A DNA stretch of 64,000 nucleotides, from the NCBI RefSeq assembly GCF_009914755.1, contig NC_060947.1. One strand, given 5' to 3'. How positions within the stretch are numbered: position 1 is the first letter of the stretch; the number at the start of each line of letters is the position of its first letter. Source of the stretch: the human T2T-CHM13v2.0 reference genome, Homo sapiens. Under the pieces are notes generated by a model. The model had not been told where the DNA came from. It saw only the letters and a program-made list of their open reading frames with translations, and made no database searches. Made by a program: the position numbers and the translations under genes. Shown one piece after another: positions 12,171-29,119 of the stretch.

Positions 12171-13734
12171 TTAAAAATCTCTCCAGATATATTCTAAAAT
12201 TATAGCTTATGCTTTTGATTGTGTTGGTTAAGATAAACTAAGTTAATCCCTATCAATAGCTGCTAACTTATTAAGTGCTACTGTGGCCAAAAGCTAGTTA
12301 TTCAATGATAACCAATTCACAAAATTTCTTAAAGGTAAACTTTGTACACAGCTCATACTAGGACATTTGAAAGACAAAAAAAAAAAAAAATCCCCTGGCA
12401 TGCTCACTTTTGCCTCCAAAGAAATTCCCAAGTTAATGATAAGACTCGTAAACTATTAAATCACTAGTCCCCACAATTGTTCTTACAGCTAATATCTAGA
12501 TGTTCAGATCAAGTTTATAATAGACTCCTCCTTGTTCTGCGTGACAGTGCTAAAGTATAAAGAGAGAAATATTATAATAATGCCAAATCAGAATAGCCCA
12601 AACTTAAAAGAAAATTTCACATTGTATTTCAAAAAAGGTATACATTTCTTAGGAGACCAAATTTTGTGCTAATTCACTTGCTCTACCATCCTGAGCAAAG
12701 CTATCTAGCCTTTACCGATTATTGGCAACTTTTTATGGGGTTTTGTTGTGAAAGGGATCTGCCTACATGTCTTGCTGATGAATACTTAATATTCAGTTGT
12801 ATTCTCTCTAAACCAAAATGCATTTTTTTTTACCCCAGTCTACCTCTGAAATTACTCTTCCCACCACTAGTGATATGTACAAATTTGCTGCATGACTCTC
12901 TGTGAGCACTACTGGCTCTTTTCTTTGATTGATACATTGTTAGTGACCCCCCCCCCCCCGCCCCCGAAACCTTCTCCTTCTAGGCCTTTCAAGCCATTAG
13001 AAATAGCCACTTGACGCTCCAGTAAAACAACTCATTTCTATTTGCACACAATGTCATCTGACAACTAGGCAAGAAAGTTGGATATGACTTCTTCTGACAC
13101 AATTTTAAGATGACTACAAATAACTTTATTTTTTGAATACCATGGTTTAAACTCATTTTCTGAAAAATAAAGTAGCTTCCACTCTGATATGTTTATTTTT
13201 TGAAGACAGCTGATCAGTCTCTTTCTATACTGTATGTTCCACATTAAGTCATTATTTATGCTGTTGACTCCACTAATTCTGTTACTTTTATTAGCAAAGT
13301 TTTGGTGTTGAGTCCTGTAGTAGTGACAAGCATTCCTAGAAGCTAATCTGACAGATAATGACTCCATTAAGTGTCGGATGCTAATTGGTTTACAGCAGAG
13401 GCCTGAAATTAATTTATATAAATAAATTAGCACCTGAGCATGTTATCATCCCAGTTTGGATTTTCAAATTACCAGTGATTTTTAAAGCCTCCATTTTCAG
13501 TAAAATGTAATGCATAGAAACTTCATGAATAATTAAAATTTGGCAATAGGTCAGAATACCAAACAAGAAATACAAATTATTTACACCCATTTCTAGGCAA
13601 GGCGGTGACTGTGTATGAATTATGTCCTCATAATAAATGACTTATAGAATAGTTAGATTTAAACTACCCTCCAAAGAGTATACTTCTTCATTGCAATTGT
13701 TCCTGGAATTACTAGCCACAACCAATATCAGTGA

Positions 13735-14282
<548 letters not shown>

Positions 14283-14995
14283 CACCAGTCAGAATGACTA
14301 TTATTAAAAAGTTAAAAAAAAGACATTGATGAAGTAGTAGAAAAAATGGAATGCTTATACACTGTTTGTGGAAGTGTAAATTAGTTCAGCCACTGTGGAA
14401 AGCAATTTGGAGACTTCTTAAATAACTTAAAACAGAACTACCATCCTGCTCAACAATTCCACTACTGGGTATATACCAAAAAGAAAATAAATAATTCTAC
14501 CAAAAAGACACATGCACTTTTATGTTCATCAGAGCACTATTCACAAGAGCAAAGGCACAGAATCAACCAAGATGCCCTTCACTGGTGGACTGGATAAAGA
14601 AAATGCAGTATATGCACACCATGGAATACTATGCAGCCATTAAAAAAAATGAGATCATGTCCTTCGCAGCAACATTGATGGAGCTGGAAGCCATTATCCT
14701 AAGTGCATTAATGCAGGGACAGAAAACTAAACACTGCATGTTTTCACTTATAAGTGGTAGCTAAAGATTGGGTATACGTGGACGCAAAGTTGGGAACAAT
14801 AAACACTGGGGACTGCTAAAGGGGGGCAGGTGAGGAAGAGGGCAAGGACTAAAAAACTGCCTATTGGGTACTATGCTCACTACCTAGGTGACAGGATCAT
14901 ACCACAAACCTCACTGACACACAATTTGCCCATGTAACAAACCTGCACTTATACCCCCTGAACATAAAAATAGAAAAAAACAAAAATAATAAAAG
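14283..14995 (+). mobile_element. 5'-truncated L1 3' end (L1PA15-17/L1PB-like)
   Basis: ORF2 C-terminal peptide (14522-14764, [15 protein letters not shown]), 3'UTR and A-rich tail. Confidence 0.9.
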
Positions 14996-16557
14996 CATAT
15001 GTACACACACATACACACAAACACACACAAAACAGAACATCTGGATACAATGAGCTGACCGTATATCACAGTTTGAATAATCATTTCTCTTCTTATTCTG
15101 TATTTCACTTATCTCTAATATTTTTCTATTTCAAATAAGACTGTAAATAATATCTATAGCTTCATCACATATGTTCTTAGGATATATTTCCAGATGTGGA
15201 ATTACTGCTCAAAGAGTGTGTTCTTGTTATATATTGCCAACTTGTTCTCCAAAACGGTTATTAAAGATTTCCACACAGAGGTGGTAGAATGAAATGAAAC
15301 AACAAAATCTCCTTTCCAATATCTACCAAACCAGTAAAAATATGAAAAACAAAAGAAAATGACATAAATAACTTTTTAAAATTACTAATAACAAAGTTGT
15401 ATTTTTATGCCATAAATTTGAAAGCTTATGACAGTAGAAAGAAACTGAGTCCTGATTCACTCCCAAGTGTAACTTTATAAAAGTTAGGTGAAATTCACGT
15501 AATATACAATTAAACACTTTAAAGTGAATAATTCAGTGCATTTAGTATATTCACAATGTTGTGAAATCACCAACTCTTTGTGATTTCAAAATGTTTTCAT
15601 TATTCCAGAACACTCAGCATTTATAAGTAATCATTCCCCATTTCTTATTTCCCCTATGCCCTAGCAACAATTAATCTGCTTTTCTGTCTCTATGGATTTT
15701 TCTATTTTGAGTATTTTATAGAAAATAATCATACAATATGCGATTTTTTGTGTCTGGCATATTTCATTTGGCATAATGTTTCTGAAGTTCACCCAAATTG
15801 TGGCTTATACCAGTACTCCATCATTTTGCATGACCGAATAATATTTCATTGTATGTATATACCAAAATGAATTTGTTCATTCATCCATTGATGAATATTT
15901 TGGTTATTTATATCTTTGGCCATAATTAATAAACATTTATATGTAAGTTTCTGTATTAACACATGTTTTTATTTCTCTTGGACCACCTAGGAGTTGAATT
16001 CCTGGGTTATATGGCAATTCTGTTTAACTTTTTGAGGCATAACTAAACTGTAATCAGCAGCAGCTGTATCCTTTTACATTCTCACCAGTAATATAGGAGG
16101 GTTTTTTTTTTACCACATCCTTACATGTTAATTTATTTTTTCTCTCATTACAGCCATCCTAATGGCAGCAAAGTATTATTTCATTTTGGTTTTGATTTGA
16201 ATCTCTTTAATGACCACTGATGTGAACATCTATACATGTGCTTGTTGACCATTTTAATATTATATTTAAAGAAATGTCTATGCAGATGCTTTGACAATTT
16301 CTAATTGTGTTATTTGTCTTTTTATGTTGAGTTGTAAGTATGCTTCATATATTATGAATACCAATCTTTAAAAGATATATCATTTGCAAATATTTTCTCC
16401 CATTCTGTAGATTTTTTTACTTTCTTGATAATATGCTTTGATGCACAGAAGATTTTAATTTGTATGAAGTCCAATTTGTCTTTTATTTCCTTTTGTTTTC
16501 TGTGTTTTGGGTCTGGAATCTAAGAATCCATTGCCAAATCCAAAGTCATAATGATTT

Positions 16558-18466
<1,909 letters not shown>

Positions 18467-18693
18467 CCAAAGTCATAATAATTTATCCTTACTTTTTCCT
18501 AATAGTTTTGTAGTTTAACCCTTATACTTAGGTTGTTGCTTTACTTTCAGTTAACCTTTGTGTATAGAGTGAGGTGAGGAACTAACTTTATTATGTATGC
18601 AATTATCCAGTTTTTCTAGCATGATAAGGTAAAAAATTATACTTTCGCCATTGAATTGTGTGTGTGAATCCTTTTTAACATTCAATTGGCCAT

Positions 18694-19800
<1,107 letters not shown>

Positions 19801-20339
19801 AAAATGAAAAAAAAATTGGAGAAGCTATATAAATAGCAGACAAAGTAGGATTCAGAACTTGAAATTTCCCAGAAATAGAGGGTAACTTACATAATGAAAA
19901 AGTTTAATTCACCAAGATATCTTTCTGAAATGCATTTCAAAATGTACGAAGTAAAAAGTAATATAACTGAAATGAAAATTAGCCAAATCCACACTTACAA
20001 TGAAAGACTTCAAACCCCTTCTCTAAGGAATTGATTGAACAAGTACACAGAAAAATCACTAAATATATGAAAAACCCAACAAATTATTATATAAATAAGT
20101 TGACCTAATTGACTCTACAGAACACTCCATTCACAAAACCAGAAAACATGTTCTTTTCATGTGTATATGAAACATGTAACAAGATAGACTATATTGTTTG
20201 TCATAAAACAAGCCTCAAAACATAAGAGAATGAAAATCCTAAACACCATGTTATCTGACTACAATGAAATTAGACTAAAATCAGTAACAGAAAATAAAAA
20301 AACCAGAAAATCCTCAAATATTTGGAAATTAAATGACAG

Positions 20340-21315
20340 TTTTTTTAAGTTAATTTTTTTAAACGTTTTCTTTAGGTTTGGGGGTACATGCACAGGTTTG
20401 TTATATAAGTAAATTGCATTTCACAGGGGTTTGACATACAGATTATTTTGTCATTCACATACTAAACGTAGTGCCCAACTGGTATTTTTGATCCTTACCC
20501 TACTCCCTCCCTCCACCCTCAAGTAGGCCCCAGTGTCTGTTGTTTCCTTCTTTGTGTCCATGTGTACTTGGTGTTTAGCTCCCATTTATAAGTGAGAAAG
20601 TGCGGTATTTGGTTTTCTGTTCCTGTGTTAGATCGCTTAGGATAATGGCCTGTAACCGCATTGATGTTGCTGCAAAAGAGAGAATCTTGTTCTTTTTTAC
20701 GGCTGCAGAGTAGTCCATGGTGCATGCATATCCCATTTTCTTTATCCGGTCCACCATTCATTGGCATTTAGATCATTTCCATGTCTTTGCTATTGTCAGT
20801 AGTGCTGCAATGAACATCTTTGTGCATGTGTTTTTATGGTATAATGATTTATATTCCTTTGGATATACATCCAATAATGGGATTGCTGGGTCAAATGGTT
20901 GCTCTCTTCTTTAATAAGTTCTTTGAGAAATTGCCAAACTGTTTCCCACAGTGGCTGAATTAATTTACATCCCCCCACCAAGTGTGTATAAGCATTCCCT
21001 TTTCTCCACAACTTCTCCAGTGTCTATTTTTTTTTTACTTTTTAATAACAGCCATACTGACTGATGTGAGATGGTATATCATTGTGATTTTGATTTGCAT
21101 TTCTTTGATAATTAGTGATGTTGAACATTTTTTAATGTGCTTTTTGGTCACATATATGTCTTTTTTGGGAAAATATTCATACCTTTTGCCCATTTTTAAA
21201 TAAGATTGTTAGTTTTATGCTTATTAATTTAAGTTCCTTATAGATTCTAGATATTAGACTTTTGTTGGATGCATAGTTTGCACATAATTTCTCCCACTCT
21301 GTTTACAGTTTGTCT
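20340..21315 (-). mobile_element. 5'-truncated L1PA16-like 3' end
   Basis: gggggtacatg...ccctccaccctcaagtaggcccc 3'UTR and ORF2 C-terminal remnants. Confidence 0.88.
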
Positions 21316-21342
21316 ACAACACACTTCTAATAACTCATATAT

Positions 21343-21818
21343 AGACAGTGGGATGCTATTCAGCAATATAAAAAAATGAATTTCCATTATTTCAGGCAAC
21401 ATGGATACTTTGAAGGCGATTGTGTTAAGTGAAATTAAGCCAGAAACCGAAAGTTAAACATTCATGTTCTCACTCATATGCAGAAGCTAAAAAAGTTGAA
21501 CTCATAGAAGTAAAGAATAAAACAAAGGTTTCTGGAGGCTAGGAAAGGTAGAAGGGAGGGAAAGGGAGAGTTCAAGTTCTAAGTTCTAGTGTTCTCTGGC
21601 ACCCTAAGATGACTATAGTTAACAATAATATATATTTTCAAATAACTAGAAGAGAGGATATCAGATGATCCCAACACAATAAAATAATACATGGAATGAT
21701 GGAAACGCTAATTATTCTGATGTCGTCACTATATATTTTATGTATTTAAACATCACTATGTACCTCAAAATATGCACAATTTTATGCCAATTACAAAATA
21801 ATAAAACTTTTAAAAAAG
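21343..21818 (+). mobile_element. Short L1MA 3' end
   Basis: gttaagtgaaattaagccag...gatgactatagttaacaataat; TSD ctcatatat at ~21334 and ~21819. Confidence 0.8.
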
Positions 21819-22158
21819 CTCATATATCAAAGAAATCACAAGAAAAGTTATGAATACTTTGAAAAAAAAAATAAAATGACCAATAAGCACAGTAAAGGAT
21901 GCTTAACATTCCTAATCAGTAGAGAAATGCAGATCAAAACCACAGTGAGATATCATTTCACATCCATCAGGATGGCCATTATCAAAAAACAAAACAAAAC
22001 AAGTGTTGGCAAGGATGCAGAGGAGTTGAAACCCTCCTTATAAACTGTAGGTGTAATGTAAAATATTTCAGTCATTATGGAAAACAATATAAATACTTCT
22101 CAAAATACTAAAAATAGAATTACTTTATGACAGTACCTGTCCCTACAGGTACTGCACC

Positions 22159-22355
22159 TGTCCCTACAAAGGACATGAACTCATCATTTTTTATGGCTGC
22201 ATAGTATTCCATGGTGTATATGTGCCACATTTTCTTAATCCAGTCTATCATTGTTGGACATTTGGGTTGGTTCCAAGTCTTTGCTATTGTGAATAGTGCC
22301 GCAATAAACATACGTGTGCATGTGTCTTTATAGCAGCATGATTTATGGTCCTTTG
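22159..22355 (-). mobile_element. Young L1PA (PA2-4-like) internal fragment with no 3'UTR, poly(A) or TSD
   Basis: Near-identical to 37579-37775 and 27310-27505; retains CpGs (gccgcaataaacatacg). Confidence 0.92.
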
Positions 22356-24099
22356 CCTCAATATAAAAACCGAATAAAGATATTGCAAGAAAATAAAAGT
22401 GGAGACCAAATAGTTTTCAAGAATATGGGTGAAATAAATCCTTAAAAATACAAGTATAAGCAAATGTAATTCAGCAATATACACATGACACCTAGAGTCT
22501 ATGCAAGAATACAAAGTTGTTACAGTATTTAAAAATTTGATACATCCATCATAGTAATCCATCATACTAGTAATTCAACATATAAATAGAGAAAAAGAAG
22601 AAAAAACACGCAATTATATCAATTCAAACACTAAAGTTTTGAAAAGATTCAACATCTCTACAGCTAACATCATAAGGGTGAGAGACTGAAAGCTTATGTT
22701 ATTACATTGTACCAAAAATTTTAAAAAGTTAAGGGTGAAAAACTCTACATTAATTTACACTAAAACTCAGAAAATTAGGAATGGAAGTGAACTTCTTAAT
22801 CCTGATAAAGGACATTTACATATAACCCATTGATAATATAAAAATTAACAGTAAAAGACTAAATTATTTCCTTCTATGATGAAGAACAAAATAAGAATAT
22901 CCGCTCTCACCACTTCTATTTAACATTGTTCTGTATGTCCTATCCAATGCAGTTGGAAAAAAAAAGAAGGAAATGACATAGAGATTGGAAAGGAATGTTA
23001 AAATTGTTCTTATTTGAAGATAACATGATTGTCTTCGCAGATCATCACAAGGAATTGAAAAATATGCTCTTTGAACTGAAAAGTGAGGTTAGCAAAGCAC
23101 AGGATAAAAAGTCAACATGTTAAAATCAATCACATTTAATAATAGCAGTGATCAATCCGAAATTAAATTTTTTAAAATAACATGTACAAGAGCTCCATAA
23201 AAATGAAATACCTAGGTGTAAATCTAATAAAACCTTAGAAGAATCTGCATACTAAAAAATAAATGCTGATAAAAGCAATCAGAGAATGCTTAAATAAACA
23301 AATAACATACTGCATTCATGGACTGAAAAACTCTATAGAGTTAAGGGATAAATTCTGCCCATATTAATTCATAGATTTAATGCAATTTCAATCAAAATCC
23401 CAGATGTTCTAATAGATTCAGACAAGTGCCTTCTAAAAATTTTATAGTAATCCCTAGGATGTAAAATAGTCAAAACATTTGAAAAATAAAAAAGTTGTAG
23501 AATTCAGACTACCTGATATATAATACTATCTTGAGAGCTACAGTAACCAAGTTATTATGGTATTGGTAAAGGTCTAGACACCTAGATCAATGGAACATAA
23601 TGGAGAGTCCAGAAAGAGACCCACACAAATATGGCCAATTTATTTTTGACAGAAGTACAAAGGCAATGCAACAGAGTAAGTTTAGTCCTTTCAACAGATA
23701 GTATTGAAATACTTGGACATCTATATACTAAGTAAATAAAAGCATGCATTTATTCTAATCCAAATCATGTAAGTCACACAGAGAATTGAGGTAAAATGGA
23801 TAAGATATTTAAATATAAAATGTAAAACTATAATTTTTTGGGAAAAAACATAGAAGGCAGTATTTCTATCTTTATATTGAGCAGAGGCCTTGAACGTAGA
23901 ACAGAAAGCATGATCCATGATATATAAAAAAAAGTTGGGCTTTATCCAAATTTAAAATTTTTCTTTGGCAAAATAAATTTAAGGGAATTAAAACACTAGA
24001 AGAAGTCTTTAAAATAACATATATAAATAGAGGATTTTTAACCAGAATATATAAAGAACTCAAAATTTAACATAATAAAACACATAAAATGGGCAAAGT

Positions 24100-27000
24100 G
24101 TTTTAAAATTAATTTTTATTTTTAATTTTTGTAGATGCAATGTAGGTGTATATATTTATTGGTACATGAGATATTTTAATACAGGCATAAAATGCATAAT
24201 AATCGTATCAGGGTAAATGGGGTATGCATTACCTCAAGCATTTATCCTTTCTTTGTGTTACAAATAATTCAACTATACACTTTTATTTATTTTTAAATGT
24301 ACTGTAAATTAGTATTAAATATAGTCACCTTGTTGTGGTATCAAATACTAGATCTTATTTATTTCACCAAACTTTTTCTTCTGTCCATTAACCATCCCCA
24401 CTTCCTCACACCCTACTACCCTTCGCAGCTTCTGATGAACATCATTCTACTCTCTATCTCCATGAGTTCAATTGTTTTGATTTTTAGATCCCACAAATAA
24501 GGGAGACCATGTGAAATTTGTCTTTCTGTGGTTGGCTTATTTCACTTAACATAATGACCTTTATTTCCATTCATGTTGTTGCAAATGACAGGATCTGATT
24601 CCTTTTCATGGCTGAATAACACTCTATTGTGTATAAATGCCACACTTTCTTTATCTATTTGTCTGTTAATGGTCAATTATGTTGCTTCCAATTTTGAGCC
24701 ATTGTGAATAGTGCTGCAATAAGCATGGGAGTGCAGATATTTCTTCAATATAGTGATTTTCTTTCTTTTGGGTATATATGTAGAAGCGATATTGCTGGGT
24801 CATATGGTAGTTCTATTTTTAGTTTTTTGAGAAACCTCCAAACTGTCTGCATAGTGATTGTACTAATTTACTTTCCCACCAACAGTGTACGAGAGTTCCC
24901 TTTTCTCCACATGCACATCAGAATATTTTATTGCCTGATATTTGGATATAAACAATTTTAACTGGGATGAGATGATACCTCATTGTAGTTTTCATTTGCA
25001 TTTCTCTGATGATCAATGATGTTGACCACCTTTTCATATACCTGTTTGTCTTTGTATGTCTTTATTTGAAAAATGTCTATTCAGATATTTTGCCCATTTT
25101 TAAATTGAATTATTAGAGTTTTTCCTATAGAGTTGTTTGAGCTCCTTATATGTTCTGGTTATTAATTCTTTGTCAGATAGGTAGTCTGTAAATATTTTGT
25201 CCCATTCTGTGGGTTCTCTCTTCACTTTGTTGATTGTTTCCTTTGCTAGGTAGAAGCTTTTTAACTAGATGTGATCCCATTTGTCCATTTTTGTTTTGTA
25301 TCTCTCTGGTTATGGGATACTACCCGAGAAATCCTGGTTCAGTCTAACATCCTGGAGAGTTTTCCAAAAGATTTCTCTTAGTAGTTTCATAGTTTGAGGT
25401 CTTAGATTTAAGTCTTTAATTCATTTTGATTTGATTTTTGTATATGGCAAAAAATAGGAGTGAAGTTTCATTCTTCTGAGTATGGATATCCAATTTTTCC
25501 CGGAGACTATCCTTTATTGATGGATTATTATTTAAGAGACTATCCTTTCCCCATTGTATGTTCTTGGCACCTTTGTCAAAAATGAATTTGCTCTATATGA
25601 ATGGATTTGTTATTTCAGGTTCTCTATTCTGTTCCATTTGTCTATGTGTCTGTTTTTATGCCAGTACCCTGCCATTTTGTTTTGTAGTATAATTTGATGT
25701 CAGGTAATGTGATTCTTTGTATTTTGTTCTTTTACTCAAGATAGTTTTGTCTCTTCTCGGTCTTTTTTGGTATTACGTAAATTTTAGGATTTTTTTCTAT
25801 TTCTGTGAAGAATGTCATTAGTATTTTAATCAGGATTGCATTGAATCTGTAGATTTCTTTGGGGAATATTGAAATTTTAGCAATACTGATTATTCCAATT
25901 CATGAACATGGAATATCTTTTGATTTTCTGTGTCCTCTTTAATTTCTGTCATCAAAATTTTATAGTTTTCATTGTAGAGATTTTTCACTTCTTTGGTTAA
26001 GTTAATTCTTAGATATTTTATTTTATTTGTAGCTATTGTAAATGTGATTACTTTCTTGATTTCTTTTTCAGATCATTTGCTGTTGGCATATAGAAATGTT
26101 ACTGACTTTTTGTATGTTGACTTTGTATCCTTTAATTTTATCAAATTTCTTTATCAGTTCTACTACTTATTTTGTGGAGACTTTAGGTTTTTTCATATAT
26201 AAGATCATAGCATCTGCAAATAAGGATAACGTGACTTCTTTCTTTCCAATTAGAATGCCTTTTATTTCTTCCTCTTGTCTGACTGCTCTAGCTAGAAATT
26301 TCACTAGTATGCAGAATAACAATGGTGAGATTGAATATCTTTGTCATGTTCCAGATCTTAAAAGAATGGCTTTCAGTTTTTATCCATTCAGTATAGTATT
26401 AGCTGTGTATCTGTCAAATATGGCTTTTATTGTGTTGAGGTATGTTTCTTCTATACCCAGTTTTTTAAGTGTTTTCATCATGAAGGGATGCTGAAATATA
26501 TCAAATGTTTTTTCATCCTCAAATGTGTAAATATATGGTTATTTCACTTCATTATGTTGATACGATGTATCACATTGATTAACTTGCATGCACTGAACCA
26601 TGCTTGCATTCCTGGGATAAATCCCACTTGGTCATGATAAACAAGTTTGTAAAAGTATTGTTAAATTTAGTTTGCTAGTATTTAGCTGAAGAAATTTGTA
26701 TCACTGTTCATCAGGTATATTGGCCTGTACATACTCTTTTACTGATGTGTGTTTGCCTGGTTTTGGTATCAAGGTATTACTGGCCTTGTAAAATGGATTT
26801 GGCAGTTTCCCTCCTCCTCTATTTTTTGGAATAGTTTGAGTAGATTTGGTATTAGTTCTTTAAATGTTTGGTAGAATTCAGCAGTGAAGCCATGGGGTCC
26901 CCGTTTTCTTTGCTGGGAGAATTTTTGTTAAAGCTTCAATCTCATTACTTGTTACTAATCAGTTAAGGTTTTAGATTTCTTCGTGATTCAATCTTGGTAG
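24100..27000 (-). mobile_element. L1MA (MA3-like) 3'UTR and ORF2
   Basis: tgtaggtgtatatatttattggtacatgag...acctcaagcatttatcc; ORF2 remnants to RT. Confidence 0.88.
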
Positions 27001-27908
27001 TTTTTTTTTATTATTATTATACTTTAAGATTTAGGGTACATGTGCACAATGTGCAGGTTAGCTACATATGTATACATGTGCCATGCTGGTGTGCTGCACC
27101 CATTAACTCGTCATTTAGCATTAAGTATATCTCCTAATGCTATCCCACCCCCCTCCCCCAACCCCACAATAGTTCCCAGAGTGTGATGTTCCCCTTCCTG
27201 TGTCCATGTGTTCTCATTGTTCAATTCCCTCCTATGAGTGAGAACATGCGATGTTTGGTTTTTGTCCTTGCGATAGTTTGCTGAGATTGATGGTTTCCAG
27301 CTTCATCCATGTCCCTACAAAGGACATGAACTCATCATTTTTTATGGCTGCATAGTATTCCATGGTGTATATGTGCCACATTTTCTTAATCCAGTCTATC
27401 ATTGTCGGACTTTTGGATTGGTTTCAAGTCTTTGCTATTGTGAATAGTGCCATAATAAACATACGTGTGCATGTGTCTTTATAGCAGCATGATTTATATT
27501 CCTTTGGGTGTATACCCAGTAATGGGATGGCTGGGTCAAATGGGATTTCTAGTTCTAGATCCCTGTGGAATCGCCACACTGACTTCCACAATGGTTGAAC
27601 TAGTTTACAGTCCCACCAACAGTGTAAAAGTGTTCCTATTTCTCCACATCCTCTCCAGCACCTGTTGTTTCCTGACTTTTTAATGATTGCCATTCTAACT
27701 GGTGTGAGATGGTATCTCATTGTGGTTTTGATTTGCATTTCTCTGATGGCCAGTGATGATGAGCATTTTTTCATGTGTCTTTTGGCTGCATAAATGTCTT
27801 CTTTTGAGAAGTGTCTGTTCATATCCTTTGCTCACTTTTTGATGGGGTTGTTTGTTTTTTTCTTGTAAATTTGTTTGAGTTCATTGTAGATTCTGGATAT
27901 TAGCCCTT
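27001..27908 (-). mobile_element. 5'-truncated L1PA4-like element
   Basis: Poly-T; 3'UTR caggttag/ttagcatta; ORF 27424-27822 encodes ORF2 C-terminal CCHC region. Confidence 0.93.
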
Positions 27909-27919
27909 TAAAAAAAATT

Positions 27920-28393
27920 AAATTTTTTTATCAAGGGCCTTTTCTACATCTATTGGGATGATGGTGTGATTTTTGTTTTTAGTTCTGTTTATGTGGTGAA
28001 TCCCATTTATTGATTTGTGCATGTTGAACAAACCTTGCATCCGAGAGATAAACCCTCCTTGATCATAGTGGATAAGCTTTTGATGTGCTGCTGGGTTCGG
28101 TTTGCCAGTATTTTGTTGAGCATTTTTGCAATGATGTTCATTAAGGATATTGGCCTAAAGTTTACTTTTGTGTGTGACTCTGCCAGATTTTAGTATCAGT
28201 ATGATTCTGGCCTCATATAATTAGTTAGAAAGGGGTCCCTTCTCCTAAATTTTTTTGAATAGTTTCTGTAGGAATGGTACTAGTTCTTCCTCATACATCT
28301 GGCAAAACTTAGCTGTAAATCCATCTGGTTCTAGGCATTCCCTGATTTGTAGGCTTTTTATTATTGATTCAATTTCAGAACTTGTTATTGGCC
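27920..28393 (-). mobile_element. Older L1PA/PB ORF2 internal fragment
   Basis: gggccttttctacatctattg...ggataagcttttgatgtgctgctgg. Confidence 0.85.
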
Positions 28394-28394
28394 T

Positions 28395-28600
28395 AGAACA
28401 TGAGCCTTGGAGTTAAATAGACCTAAGTTTGAAACCTGGTTCTTGCATTTTGCTAATTGATTGATAGTAAGCCAGATTTTTATTTGTCTAACCTTTAAAT
28501 TGGGATATTAGTTTTGCTTCTCTAAAGAAAATGTGCAAAATTACCTGGCACTTAAATAAATTGCAAAAAGTACCTGGCATTTAGTGGGCCTTCAAAAATA
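28395..28600 (+). mobile_element. MIR
   Basis: gccttggagttaaatagacctaagtttgaaacctgg...gtacctggcatttagtggg. Confidence 0.6.
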
Positions 28601-28924
28601 CACCCTTCAAAAGCAAGGTTCTTCTGGGCTTAGCCTTATTTTCTACATTTTACAGATAAATACATTGATGTTTAAAGTGGCAGTACATTCCTATACAGTA
28701 TTATTTTAACCTTGACAGAAGCTTGGTGTCAGCAAATCATTCACTTGGGACAGAGAGGATATCTGAAATTATCCAGATATTGCATCTGTAGCCCATCCAG
28801 TATTTGATAGATTCTTCCTGAAAAAAGGAGGCCACAGAGTTTGCTAGGCTCCACCGTCACGAATAAAAGCCAAAGAAAAAACTCTCATCCAAGTATCACT
28901 TAACCTATCAGAAGAAGCAGGCGA

Positions 28925-29078
28925 TTAAGATAATAGCCTCTGGCGTCAGAATTTTTGGGTTAAAATCTGAGTTCTGCCACTTACTAGCTGTGTGACCTAG
29001 GTTCCGGGTCAAATTTCTTGACTAATCTGGTTCTTGATTCCTTAATTTGTAAAATGAAAATAATGGAATCTACCTAAT
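28925..29078 (+). mobile_element. MIR
   Basis: gttctgccacttactagctgtgtgacct...tgtaaaatgaaaataat. Confidence 0.75.
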
Positions 29079-29119
29079 ATTGTGCTGGAGCTGGATCATA
29101 GCAGCTCACAAAAAGCTCT

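Larger units (their letters stand above)
19810..24098 (+). mobile_element. Highly degraded L1M ORF2 (EN to C-terminal region), fragmented by nested insertions
   Basis: EN-like 19810-20338 (ctgactacaatgaaattagacta); RT-like 22800-23300 (gaagataacatgattgtc); C-terminal region to aaatgggcaaag. Confidence 0.7.
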
